A program made the translations under genes and the position numbers. DNA of 32,000 nucleotides, from NCBI RefSeq assembly GCF_000015145.1, contig NC_008818.1, positions 1 through 32,000 on the forward strand, written 5' to 3'. Under the pieces are notes generated by a model. The model saw only the letters and a program-made list of their open reading frames with translations. It did no database searches and was not told the DNA's origin. Each line of letters begins with the position of its first letter. Positions within the stretch are counted from its first letter, which is position 1. This DNA comes from Hyperthermus butylicus DSM 5456 (GTDB lineage Archaea; Thermoproteota; Thermoprotei_A; Sulfolobales; Pyrodictiaceae). Below, piece after piece: positions 16,786-26,078 of this stretch.

Positions 16786-17570
16786 CTCGCCTTGTCGGGT
16801 TCGGGTGGCAGGCGGGGTATTAGCTTGTAGAGTATCTTCTTGGCCTTCTCAGTGTTCTCCTTCATAACCCTAGCAACCTCTTCAGCTGTTACTGGCCGCT
16901 CAGCCCAGACGTCATAATCGGTGACTAGTGCTATGGTTGCATAGCATAGCTGTGCCTCACAAGCTAGGTTTACTTCGGGCACCAGAGTCATTCCTATAAT
17001 GTCTGCTTTGAATACCTCCCGCCAGACTCTGCTTTCAGCTCTCGTCGAGAAGCGTGGCCCCTCAATACAGATGTATGTACCTCTGGGATGAACCCTGTAG
17101 CCTAGCTCTCTCGCAGTGCTAATTATTTCCTGGCGTAGGTGCTCGCAGAACGGGTCGGCCATACTCACGTGGGCTACTATGCCCTCGTCGAAGAATGTAT
17201 ATACACGGCTCTTAGTCATGTCTATAAACTGGTCTGGCACAACTATGTCTCCAGGTTTGTAGTCTTCTCGTAGGGAGCCTACAGCAGAGACGGCAATAAC
17301 CCACTTTACGCCAAGCATCTTGAGAGCCCAAATGTTCGCTCTATAGTTTATCTTGTGTGGCGGAATTCTGTGTCCCCTGCCATGCCTTGGTAGGAATGCT
17401 ACACGCTTTCCCCCAAGCTCTCCAACAATTATGTAGTCGCTAGGCTCTCCATATGGTGTGTAGATTTTGTACTCCTTGGCGTTCTCGAGGACTCCGGGGT
17501 CATAGAGGCCGCTACCTCCTATTATGGCTATATCGGCTTTTACGGATGGTTTCGGGGGAAAGTCGGGCAA
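16746..17570 (-). CDS. mtnP: S-methyl-5'-thioadenosine phosphorylase
   Basis: [78 protein letters not shown]. Confidence 0.94.
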   Translation of the reverse strand: MPDFPPKPSVKADIAIIGGSGLYDPGVLENAKEYKIYTPYGEPSDYIIVGELGGKRVAFLPRHGRGHRIPPHKINYRANIWALKMLGVKWVIAVSAVGSLREDYKPGDIVVPDQFIDMTKSRVYTFFDEGIVAHVSMADPFCEHLRQEIISTARELGYRVHPRGTYICIEGPRFSTRAESRVWREVFKADIIGMTLVPEVNLACEAQLCYATIALVTDYDVWAERPVTAEEVARVMKENTEKAKKILYKLIPRLPPEPDKARCSCCSSLETALL

Positions 17571-17655
17571 GGGAGAAGCTACACCCCCACCTACACAACC
17601 AGCTACCTACTACTGTGTAGCGTGTGAGGCAAAATTGCTATCCTTCTGTGTCTTG

Positions 17656-18594
17656 TTAGCGGGGTTTTACCGCGATAACCCCTTGGGTTTGTTTGTCAAA
17701 CCATACTCGCTCAAACCCTGCTCTCCTAAGTCTCTCAATAACTCCTCTCACTATGGGGCTGAGCCTTCTACTCCTAGCCTGGAGTGGTACACCTGTGTAG
17801 TGATACAACTTGCCACCTGGCTTCAGTACTCTGTAGAGCTGCTGATAGAACTCTAGGCTGTAGAGTTCTCCAGCCATATTGAAGCGGGGAGGGTCATGCA
17901 ATATCTTGTCGAAGTATTCGTCGGGAAGTAGTTCTACAGCTATAGTAGCATCGGCATGTACTATTCTCACGTTTTCGTTAGCTAGGAGCCAGCTTGCAGG
18001 GTTGAGCGACGCTATTGAGAGCACATACTCGCTAACCTCTATAGTGTAGACCGTTGCCCCTCTACTTGAAGCTATTATCGTTGTATAGCCTAGCCCTGTA
18101 CATGTATCAAGGACTCTATCGCCCCTCCTAACACCTAGCCTGGAAACTTTGAGTTGCGAATCGTGAAGAGGACCTCTAACTCCTACAATGCGGTGCATGT
18201 GTATGCCGTTTATGAGCAGGGTAGGTGCGTCAAGCTCGGCTGTAAAGTAGAGCCTCATATAGCCCTCGTTTGATCTAACTTCAACTGGTAGGAGTCTGTT
18301 GTTATGCTCGTCAAAGAAGTAGATAACGTCATCCCTAATCCTGCTTGGTAGTGAGCTAGGAGCTAGGCTGAACACATGTTCGCCATTAATGGTGATGTTT
18401 ACTTCGTCTCTGCTGCATAGGATTTCAACACTATACTCGTAATATTGCGTTCTGCGTGCGAACACAATACTATTGCTACTGTCCTTACGGCATGCAGTCT
18501 TCAGCTTTGAAAGGAGAAATCCAGGTATGACTAGCCTACGCGGCCTATACTCGTAGATTTCGACAAAGCCCCACTCGTGTCTCGTTCCGTTCAC
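17656..18594 (-). CDS. Predicted archaeal SAM-dependent methyltransferase (COG2521-like)
   Basis: VSRLGVRRGDRVLDTCTGLGYTTIIASSRGATVYTIEVS, LHDPPRFNMAGELYSLEFYQQLYRVLKPGGKLYHYTG. Confidence 0.85.
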   Translation of the reverse strand: MNGTRHEWGFVEIYEYRPRRLVIPGFLLSKLKTACRKDSSNSIVFARRTQYYEYSVEILCSRDEVNITINGEHVFSLAPSSLPSRIRDDVIYFFDEHNNRLLPVEVRSNEGYMRLYFTAELDAPTLLINGIHMHRIVGVRGPLHDSQLKVSRLGVRRGDRVLDTCTGLGYTTIIASSRGATVYTIEVSEYVLSIASLNPASWLLANENVRIVHADATIAVELLPDEYFDKILHDPPRFNMAGELYSLEFYQQLYRVLKPGGKLYHYTGVPLQARSRRLSPIVRGVIERLRRAGFERVWFDKQTQGVIAVKPR

Positions 18595-18707
18595 GGCAGC
18601 CTATTCCTCTCCTATAGAGTTCATGGGGTATGGCAAAACTCTATATACGTAGTGCTAGAGTAGTGCTAGATTCTCCTAACTGGTTGGTGACTATCTGCTA
18701 CAGTTAA

Positions 18708-19040
18708 CTAGGCGTGATGAATACGACTCACACTGAGAGCTGATGAGGGAGGTTTCGGCTGATCCACATACATCCTTGTCCTGGTATACATTGTGTCAAC
18801 ATAGGTCTTTACTGCGAGGGCATGTTTGCATAGTTTGCCGCGCATACCAGCAGGACACGTACACTTCAGCATGCCCTTCTCCGGGTTGTAGAATACTATG
18901 TAGATATCATTGTCTCCACGTACAAGTGCTCTAAGACCATCGGGACCCAGCCTTACGTATATTATCCTCCTCTGGTTTACGAGTCTTGCTGATTTCAATA
19001 GCAGGGCTGGGTTAGGTCTTCCCTTTCGCGAAGAGTACAT
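18708..19040 (-). CDS. SWIM zinc-finger domain protein
   Basis: MLKCTCPAGMRGKLCKHALAVK = CxC...CxH SWIM motif. Confidence 0.85.
   Translation of the reverse strand: MYSSRKGRPNPALLLKSARLVNQRRIIYVRLGPDGLRALVRGDNDIYIVFYNPEKGMLKCTCPAGMRGKLCKHALAVKTYVDTMYTRTRMYVDQPKPPSSALSVSRIHHA
18711..18765 (+). ncRNA. C/D box sRNA (2'-O-methylation guide)
   Basis: C GTGATGA (18714-18720), 12-nt guide ATACGACTCACA, D' CTGA (18733-18736), spacer, C' CTGATGA (18740-18746), 12-nt guide GGGAGGTTTCGG, D CTGA (18759-18762). All four boxes are canonical with 12-nt spacing. Confidence 0.85.
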
Positions 19041-19089
19041 CTAGCCCCACAAATAGCTGGCATGTTGCTGGAAGCCTTGATAGTGCGGG

Positions 19090-20034
19090 TTGACCGTAAC
19101 TAAAACGTTGATGGAGTGGATGGCCTTGCCGCAAAAACGCTTGCAGATGCTCCGCGGTCTCATCGAACTGGTAAGGCCACATAACCTGGTTGTGGCGGCT
19201 TTAACAACACTAATAGGCTATGGGACTGTTGCCAGTATCTATGGCGGTGATATAGTTAGCTCAGGCTATGCCTATGCAGCCCTTATTGTAGTGCTTGTTG
19301 CAGCTGGAGGCTACGTCATAAACGACTACTACGACATCGAGACGGATATGGTTGCAAAGCCTTGGAGACCCATAGTGTCGGGAAGGGTAAGCCCGGGAGC
19401 AGCCAGATTCTATGCTTACATGTTGTTTACAATCGGACTCATAATAGCTCTAGTTACGTGCCCCAACTTCATAGTCTTCGGATTTGCTGTGCTTAACGCT
19501 TTGCTAGTGCATGAGTATTCTCGATGGATTAAGCGTACAGGTCTGCCGGGTAATATTGTCATAGCATTCAACTCTGCGTCGACAATAGTGTTTGGTGCGC
19601 TCTATGCCTCATGTATGATAAAGGGCAAAGTTGTACTCCCCTCGGTAGCACTAATACCAGTACTCTATGCATTCTTGCTTGTACTTGGCAGAGAATTCGT
19701 CAAGGGCATAGAGGATGTCAAGGGTGACGCAATAGCTGGTATTGGTACGTTAGCAGTTCGGTTTGGCGTGAGGACAGCCTACATGGCGTCTGTTGCGGTG
19801 CTTGGGTTAGTGGTTGTTCTAAGCCCGTTTCCCTACATTTCCGGAGTATACAACATGGCGTACCTTATCCTAGCACTGGTAGTTGATGTGTTGATAGCTT
19901 ACTCGCTTGCCATCCTCGGCAGAGGAGTAGCTAGGGGACTCGAGGACGCTATTAGGGCTTCAAGAAGGGCTAGGAGTGCTCTAAAGCTTGCATTTATGGT
20001 TGGTGCATTAGCCTTCCTTGCAGGATTGATGTAG
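19090..20034 (+). CDS. UbiA-family prenyltransferase, probable (S)-2,3-di-O-geranylgeranylglyceryl phosphate synthase
   Basis: RPHNLVVAALTTLIGYG, INDYYDIETDMVAKPWRPIVSGRVS, GREFVKGIEDVKGDAIAGIGTLAVRFG. Confidence 0.9.
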   Translation: MTVTKTLMEWMALPQKRLQMLRGLIELVRPHNLVVAALTTLIGYGTVASIYGGDIVSSGYAYAALIVVLVAAGGYVINDYYDIETDMVAKPWRPIVSGRVSPGAARFYAYMLFTIGLIIALVTCPNFIVFGFAVLNALLVHEYSRWIKRTGLPGNIVIAFNSASTIVFGALYASCMIKGKVVLPSVALIPVLYAFLLVLGREFVKGIEDVKGDAIAGIGTLAVRFGVRTAYMASVAVLGLVVVLSPFPYISGVYNMAYLILALVVDVLIAYSLAILGRGVARGLEDAIRASRRARSALKLAFMVGALAFLAGLM

Positions 20035-20052
20035 TGGGGGAGCTAGGCTAGG

Positions 20053-20751
20053 TCAGTGATCATCATTGCATATTTGTGCTCGGTGTAGGGTAGCTTCTTC
20101 ACAGCTCCCCTTTAGAACCGTTATACTTGTGGCTACGGCTCTTTTAAGTCGCCGAAGCTTGGACTTTGCAAGGGTTAGGTATGTATTCAGTACATCGACA
20201 ACGTCATGTAGCTTCTCCTTGCTGAGCGGTATAATTTGCTTCCCCCCAATGGATAAGGGTATGTCTATGCGCTCTACACCCAGTATCAACACGTAGTACT
20301 TGCCGCTGCTAGCACGCCTATAGAAGGCGTACTTGAATCCCGCGCTGACAGCTACATCGACGACCAGCTTGGCAACGGCCTCGCTGCAAGTATAGAGTGC
20401 AAGTATTACTGGTTGTGCTGAGGCCCATACAAACCTATAGCTTGTGTCCAGAGCGGTTCTAATGGCGGTGTAAAACTCGTCAACATTTATCCTTCTATGC
20501 CAGCTATGTACTATGCCGCCCAGTCGTTTATTGCCGGGACTAGGTGCAGCAAAGACTGCTATACGTCCGCTGCAAGAACTCGTAGTAACTATGCACTCAA
20601 CACTATTCAGTGCATCAAGCAGGTCTACGATGTCGCTGTCTACAAGCCCTCTACGTATATCATCTATAAGTCTGTCCAGGTAGTTCCTCCTTAGTCTGGC
20701 CCACTCGACTGTGTTACATAAACTAGTATTCCCTTTCGCTTCCACATGCAT
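20053..20751 (-). CDS. taw3: tRNA wybutosine-synthesizing protein Tyw3-like
   Basis: DLLDALNSVECIVTTSSCSGRIAVF, SWHRRI, FVWASAQPVILALYTCSEAVAKLVVDVAVSAGFKYAFY. Confidence 0.88.
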   Translation of the reverse strand: MHVEAKGNTSLCNTVEWARLRRNYLDRLIDDIRRGLVDSDIVDLLDALNSVECIVTTSSCSGRIAVFAAPSPGNKRLGGIVHSWHRRINVDEFYTAIRTALDTSYRFVWASAQPVILALYTCSEAVAKLVVDVAVSAGFKYAFYRRASSGKYYVLILGVERIDIPLSIGGKQIIPLSKEKLHDVVDVLNTYLTLAKSKLRRLKRAVATSITVLKGSCEEATLHRAQICNDDH

Positions 20752-21457
20752 ATAGAACCCCTAGCCAGCCGGCGGTAGCGAGGATACCACTTGACGATAA
20801 ATATTCGTAGCCTATTACTATGCCATCACCTATACCCCTTACGGAATATATGATCGGTCTACCGTCTATGCCAAGCACTGGTGCTAGGTACTTGGCAAAA
20901 GGTCCAGCAACGCTGTATATCCTATCAACGCAAGCCGACGAGGTAGGCTTTCCAAAGACTCCAGCGGGATGGAGGGGATTGAAGGAGTAGAGGGTTCCAC
21001 ATCTTCCCCCCTCCTCGTTTACAGCTAGGTCGCCACTAAACGCCGAGAGATACAGTACGCCGTTTACCTTCTCGCGGAACAACTTCTCGAAGAACTCGTT
21101 AAACCCGACAACATCAACCTCATAGCCGAGTGTCTTAAGCGTTAGAAGGATCTCGTCAGCATCGCCACCAACAATGCAACGTCCTCCAATAAATCGCCCA
21201 TATCCCCATGTTGGTGCGTGTATTCTTGCACTCTCCTCCGTCACACGACAGTCGGGGCTACATATAATACTCCCAACACCTATAACCTGTTCAACAATAA
21301 ACCCTTGCCGCTCAACAACAGCTACGAAGGGGGAATCTGTAATAAAGCAACGACAGTCATTAGCAAGTCCACTAGTAGTAATTGATCTCACAAGCTCCGG
21401 CCTACGAATGATATCTTCTATGAGTATAACCTTGCTGCCAGCCTCAACCTGTGGCAT
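20723..21457 (-). CDS. Uncharacterised protein overlapping the tyw3-like gene
   Basis: 244-aa ORF without a recognisable family, overlapping the next gene by 29 nt in the same direction. Confidence 0.65.
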   Translation of the reverse strand: MPQVEAGSKVILIEDIIRRPELVRSITTSGLANDCRCFITDSPFVAVVERQGFIVEQVIGVGSIICSPDCRVTEESARIHAPTWGYGRFIGGRCIVGGDADEILLTLKTLGYEVDVVGFNEFFEKLFREKVNGVLYLSAFSGDLAVNEEGGRCGTLYSFNPLHPAGVFGKPTSSACVDRIYSVAGPFAKYLAPVLGIDGRPIIYSVRGIGDGIVIGYEYLSSSGILATAGWLGVLYACGSEREY

Positions 21458-21544
21458 AGGCTTTCCACCTCAGCAGCCTGGTTACATATCATCGCCACGG
21501 CTCATCCCTTACATGGTTCTTCATCGGTTTGGCATTACCCCCAC

Positions 21545-22024
21545 GTGATAGAGCAACGAGCAATGCCTCTAAATATAGTGTTAACGCTAACCCAACCAAG
21601 GGTCAAAGGATCCTTGCTCAAGCGCTGGCCCAAAAGGAGGGAATTCCTGTTATATTACCTACTCGTACTATATAGCAAGGCAACCGGTAAGAAATGCATG
21701 AACCGTGGCGAGTATGTGGAACTTCTTGCACCAGTAGCTGGAAGCAAAAATCTTGCATCAAGAATAGTGAAGATACTCGTTAGGCAAGGCTTCCTAGAGC
21801 GAGTGAAACCTCTCGTATATTGCGTAAAGCCTTTGGATGAAGTTCTCGGTGTAACACTCGTAAACTATGTTGCTGGACGACTTAGACGTAAAGGCATCAA
21901 TGTAAACGTCGAGGACAGAAAGCTTGTTGTAGCAGGTGAGGAATGTGAAAAGCTAAAGGTACTAATGAATATCGGCATCTTAGAGTGTAAGGATTTTGCG
22001 GAACTGTTGCAAGGGCAGCGATAG
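21545..22024 (+). CDS. Uncharacterised protein, possible winged-helix fold
   Basis: 159 aa, REFLLYYLLVLYSKATGKKCMNRGEYVELLAPVAGSKNLASRIVKILVRQGFLE resembles HTH packing; no family recognised. Confidence 0.6.
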   Translation: MIEQRAMPLNIVLTLTQPRVKGSLLKRWPKRREFLLYYLLVLYSKATGKKCMNRGEYVELLAPVAGSKNLASRIVKILVRQGFLERVKPLVYCVKPLDEVLGVTLVNYVAGRLRRKGINVNVEDRKLVVAGEECEKLKVLMNIGILECKDFAELLQGQR

Positions 22025-22028
22025 TACG

Positions 22029-22382
22029 CTACTCCTCCTCGTAGAGTTCGACAACAATTCTAGCTTTCACCCTATCCTTGGAGAATGGTGGTGGACTTTC
22101 GCCTAGATCGACGGCAAATACTACTCTGTTTCCAAGGCTATCAGTGAATCGAACCTCTGCAACATATTGCTTACGTGGCCCTTGTTCAAAGGCCTTAATT
22201 ACAGCCTCGTATATTCTTGATAAAGCCATCTGTAGTGCTACGGGGCTCGAGAAGTCCTCGGGCCGCAATTGTATCGCGTGAAGACCTCTTATCACCTCGC
22301 CTATACGTGCCTCTCCCTCGAATATGGCAAGCCTCTTGCTTGGTGGTTCTTGCTCGGTGGACAAGCTATTGCTCCCCTTCAC
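22029..22382 (-). CDS. Uncharacterised small protein
   Basis: 117-aa ORF in a gap between opposite-strand genes; no recognisable domain. Confidence 0.5.
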   Translation of the reverse strand: MKGSNSLSTEQEPPSKRLAIFEGEARIGEVIRGLHAIQLRPEDFSSPVALQMALSRIYEAVIKAFEQGPRKQYVAEVRFTDSLGNRVVFAVDLGESPPPFSKDRVKARIVVELYEEE

Positions 22383-22464
22383 CCTACCCGGTGGAATGGA
22401 ATATTTAAATAGTCACCTCCACATTGATAGCCCTAAGGGCGAGGTAAGGAGGTATAAGGTGAGT

Positions 22465-23706
22465 ATGAAGGTCTACATTGTTGACCACTTTACGGGTAAC
22501 TACGCGCTAAATGAGGATAAGGACGTTGTAGCCTACGAGCATGCACCAAAGAGCCTAGATGACATGGTTGAAGAGGCACTAAAGGTAGAGCGTGGCGAGG
22601 TTCCAGCTGCATTCCTACGGCTCCTCGAGAAGCTAAAGGAGGTGGGAGTAAAGACCGTAGTAGTTGAGAGGGAAGAACTCGCAAAGGAGGCTATAAGTAG
22701 GGGGTTTGAGGCGGAGGTTAAGCCTGCAAACGAGGTTGCCAGGTACTTCAGGGGCAATGTTGTAGACATTGTTACCGGTACGGGTTTTGTGCCGAGCAGG
22801 GAGGAGTACTACAAGCTTCTCCACGAGTTTAGCATGGAGCTTACACGGAGAAAGCTGCGTAGAGCAGCACAGAAGCGTGACCTCCTCGCAGCACAAGCCA
22901 TAAGAGCTATAGACGATATTGACAAGACTACAAACCTGTTCGCTGCAAGGCTTAGGGAGTGGTATAGCCTCCACTTCCCAGAGCTAGACGACTTGGTCCG
23001 CGAGCACGAGGATTACGTGAGGATTGTAGCTGAGCTAGGTCATCGTGACAATATAACTGTTGAGAATCTTGTCAAGCTAGGCTTTAGCGAGGAGAAGGCC
23101 AAGAAGATAGCTGAGGCGGCAGCAAAGAGCATGGGTGCGGACTACCCAGAGTTCGACATCAAGCCTATGCAGCGGCTTGCACAGATAACCCTGGAGCTAT
23201 ACAAGCTTAGGAGAGACCTAGCAGACTACATAGCCCAGGTAATGAAGGAGGTAGCACCAAACATAACCGCGCTAGTAGGTCCACTCCTAGGTGCAAGGCT
23301 CATAAGCCTTGCAGGCAGCCTAGAGGAGCTAGCATTCTTGCCGGCCAGCACAATTCAAGTGCTGGGCGCCGAGAAGGCCTTGTTCAGAGCGCTGCGTACC
23401 GGTGGCAAGCCGCCAAAGCACGGCGTTATCTTCCAGTACCCCGATATACACCGCAGCCCGCGCTGGCAGCGCGGTAAGATAGCTAGAGCGCTTGCTGCAA
23501 AGCTTGCAATTGCTGCCAAGGTCGACTACTTCACTGGCAGGTTCATAGGCGATAAGCTAAAGGAGGCTTTGAGGAGGAGGATAGAGGAGATCAAGAGGAT
23601 ATACAAGAAGCCGCCGAAGAGGAAGGAGGTTGGGCCAGCACCCAGGCCAGCGAAGCCGGCAAGGAGGAAACGTGGCAAGCGCGGTAAGGGTAAAGGCAGG
23701 AAGTAG
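22465..23706 (+). CDS. C/D box RNP core protein Nop5 (Nop56/58 homolog); ORF track start 22324 too long
   Basis: NVENLVKLGF, NITALVGPLLGARLISLAGSLEELAFLPASTIQVLGAEKALFRALRTGGKPPKHGVIFQ Nop domain; basic Lys-rich tail. Confidence 0.96.
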   Translation: MKVYIVDHFTGNYALNEDKDVVAYEHAPKSLDDMVEEALKVERGEVPAAFLRLLEKLKEVGVKTVVVEREELAKEAISRGFEAEVKPANEVARYFRGNVVDIVTGTGFVPSREEYYKLLHEFSMELTRRKLRRAAQKRDLLAAQAIRAIDDIDKTTNLFAARLREWYSLHFPELDDLVREHEDYVRIVAELGHRDNITVENLVKLGFSEEKAKKIAEAAAKSMGADYPEFDIKPMQRLAQITLELYKLRRDLADYIAQVMKEVAPNITALVGPLLGARLISLAGSLEELAFLPASTIQVLGAEKALFRALRTGGKPPKHGVIFQYPDIHRSPRWQRGKIARALAAKLAIAAKVDYFTGRFIGDKLKEALRRRIEEIKRIYKKPPKRKEVGPAPRPAKPARRKRGKRGKGKGRK

Positions 23707-23735
23707 CCTACTCCATGTGATAGGGGGTGTAAGGT

Positions 23736-24446
23736 ATGGTTGAAGTAGTTAATGTGTATGAGCATGAGAAGTATAAGGGTGTATACATCGTAGAGCTTGA
23801 GGATGGTTCTACGAGACTAGCAACAGTAAACCTAGCGCCGGGCCACAGGGTTTACGGCGAGAGGTTGTTCAAGTGGGAGGACCTTGAGCTGCGTGAGTGG
23901 AATCCCTACCGTAGCAAGCTTGCTGCAGCATTACTCAAGGGTCTTGAGGAACTCCCGATAAGGCCTGGTCACAAGATACTCTACCTCGGTGCTGCAACCG
24001 GTACCACAGCGAGCCACGTCTCAGACATTGTTGGCAAGGAGGGGCTAGTATACGCGCTTGATGTAGCACCGCGAGTAATGCGTGAACTGATAGCAGTGTG
24101 TGAAGTTAGACCCAACATGGTGCCCCTACTTGCCGATGCCAGGAAGCCCTACGAGTATCGCCACATAGTAGAGCTGGTAGACGGTATCTATGCAGACGTG
24201 GCGCAGCCGGATCAGGCAGAGATTGTTGCAGACAACGCTGACTACTTCTTAAAGGAGGGTGGCTACCTTCTACTAGCTATCAAGGCTAGAAGCATAGATG
24301 TGACAAAGGAACCAAGCGAGGTATTCAAGAGAGAGATAGATGTGTTGAAGAGCAGGGGCTTCGAGATAGTAGACATGGTGCACCTAGAACCCTTCGACAG
24401 AGACCACGCAATGGTGTATGCAAGGTATAAGCCGCGCAAGCAGTAA
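23736..24446 (+). CDS. flpA: Fibrillarin-like rRNA/tRNA 2'-O-methyltransferase
   Basis: [91 protein letters not shown]. Confidence 0.96.
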   Translation: MVEVVNVYEHEKYKGVYIVELEDGSTRLATVNLAPGHRVYGERLFKWEDLELREWNPYRSKLAAALLKGLEELPIRPGHKILYLGAATGTTASHVSDIVGKEGLVYALDVAPRVMRELIAVCEVRPNMVPLLADARKPYEYRHIVELVDGIYADVAQPDQAEIVADNADYFLKEGGYLLLAIKARSIDVTKEPSEVFKREIDVLKSRGFEIVDMVHLEPFDRDHAMVYARYKPRKQ

Positions 24447-24564
24447 GGTAACTGTAGGCTAATCTATTTTTAATATAACCCATGTATCCTTTCTGACCAC
24501 ATACGAGCCGCTTTCCTAACACAGAACGGTGTAGCACGTTAGGGCTAGCTCGGTAGGCTGGCTG

Positions 24565-25029
24565 ATGTATATGGCTACAGGCGAGGGTGTTAGTAGGATA
24601 TTCCGTAGCTATGTTACTAGAGTCTATGCTGACAAGAGGTTCTTTGAAGAAATACTCCCAAGAGAATACAAGGAGCTTCCAAGGCTGCTTGAAGAGGATG
24701 AGCCTAGTGTGGAGCTCATATCTGGTAGTAGACACTATTTTGATAAGCGCGAGTTATTGGAGCTTAGCAACTCGCTGCCGTGGTATTTGCGTGGGTTTAC
24801 AAAGCTGCCATGGATCTTTACTTATGCTCGGCAAGGGTTTGTCGGGATATACAAGCTCATAAACAGCGATCCGTGGTCTGGCAGAATAATAGCATACCTC
24901 ATCCGCGGAGACTATTCTAAGCCTATGCTAGAGGTTAGGGAGGTGGAGTTTCAGCGGCTATTATCTAGGTTTAAAACCCTTATAATAGTGACACTGCAAA
25001 TAAATATTATGGAGGGCGGAGAAGGGTAG
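24565..25029 (+). CDS. UPF0216/DUF61 family protein
   Basis: LPREYKELPRLLEEDEPSVELISGSRHYFDKRELLELSNSLP. Confidence 0.75.
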   Translation: MYMATGEGVSRIFRSYVTRVYADKRFFEEILPREYKELPRLLEEDEPSVELISGSRHYFDKRELLELSNSLPWYLRGFTKLPWIFTYARQGFVGIYKLINSDPWSGRIIAYLIRGDYSKPMLEVREVEFQRLLSRFKTLIIVTLQINIMEGGEG

Positions 25030-25035
25030 CGTGGC

Positions 25036-25992
25036 ATGCGGCTTGATGAGTTACTCGAGGCGACGGTAAGGCTACTCTACAGCCAAGGCTATAGCGTTGA
25101 AAAAATATCATACCCCGAGAACCCCCAGCGTAGAGGCATAGATGTTGTTGCATCGAAATCTAATGGCGAAGCGTTACTCGTAAAGGTTATTGAGGATGCG
25201 GCGCAGCTGGGTCCGAAGGATGTGCGTGAGCTTAGGCAGTGTAGCCGCCTACTAGAAGCTAGCGGTATTATTGTTGCAGAGAGGAGTAATGGTGTTGAAA
25301 TAGACGATATTGTTGCCATTGAGAAGTCTGGAGTATATGTAGTTAATGTTGATGGTTTAGGAGCTGCACTCCGGAACGAGGTGTATGTTGTACACAGGCA
25401 GGGTAACCTTTACATGAGGGTTAATGGTGAAAAGCTCAGGGAGGAGAGGCTAAGGAGGGGCTACAGTCTAGGCGATCTTGCATCGTTGCTGAACGTTACC
25501 AGGCGTAGCGTCTACCTCTATGAGCAGGAGGAGGTTGATGTGTCACTTTCTACAGCGTTGAAGCTCATGGAGATATTTGGTGACGAGATATTCAAACCGA
25601 TACCCGTCATAGCTCGTGAGCGTGGCCGCGAGCATAGCTATCAGGGACAATTGAAGCCTACAATGCAAGCGCCAAGAACGGCTAGCGGTGAGGCTAGTAG
25701 AGCGATACGTGGTATCATAGAGGCTGGTGGTGAAGCTATCGAGACTAAGCGCATACCGCCAGACATAGTGGCGAGGATTAACGATGACAAGCTACTGATA
25801 CTGATAGAACGTAGGCGTGACAAGAAGTTCGAGAAGAGGGTTTACGAGGCGGTAAAGGTTGCTACAAGGGTTAGTGCCCGCATAATGGCTGTTGTATCCT
25901 CTAGCGAGTATGTTAGTGAAGTTAGGGCTTTCGGCGAGGTGGATGTGTATAGGAACGTTGAGGAGATGCTGCGCGACATAGGTAAGACGTAG
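25036..25992 (+). CDS. Putative archaeal HTH transcriptional regulator with N-terminal nuclease-like domain (COG1395-like)
   Basis: GIDVVASKSNGEALLVKVIEDAAQL and LREERLRRGYSLGDLASLLNVTRRSVYLYEQEEVDVSLSTALKLMEIFG (XRE-like HTH). Confidence 0.82.
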   Translation: MRLDELLEATVRLLYSQGYSVEKISYPENPQRRGIDVVASKSNGEALLVKVIEDAAQLGPKDVRELRQCSRLLEASGIIVAERSNGVEIDDIVAIEKSGVYVVNVDGLGAALRNEVYVVHRQGNLYMRVNGEKLREERLRRGYSLGDLASLLNVTRRSVYLYEQEEVDVSLSTALKLMEIFGDEIFKPIPVIARERGREHSYQGQLKPTMQAPRTASGEASRAIRGIIEAGGEAIETKRIPPDIVARINDDKLLILIERRRDKKFEKRVYEAVKVATRVSARIMAVVSSSEYVSEVRAFGEVDVYRNVEEMLRDIGKT

Positions 25993-26078
25993 GGTTGGCT
26001 TGAGTCTAAACTACTGGCTTGAGAGCAATACCTATTACTATCCCTACTCTGCCTAGGCAGCCCATTTGGGGCTGATGT

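Noticed and set aside
20040-20075. ATGATGA followed by CTGA on the minus strand
   Set aside because: Only 3 nt separate the boxes, and they are the last codons (CNDDH) and stop of the tyw3-like gene.
21465-21540. Minus-strand GCGATGA...CTGA resembling half of a C/D sRNA
   Set aside because: 15-nt gap, non-canonical C box and no convincing partner D'/C' pair.
21174-21548. 124-aa plus ORF
   Set aside because: Antisense shadow of the 20723..21457 gene; composition not protein-like.
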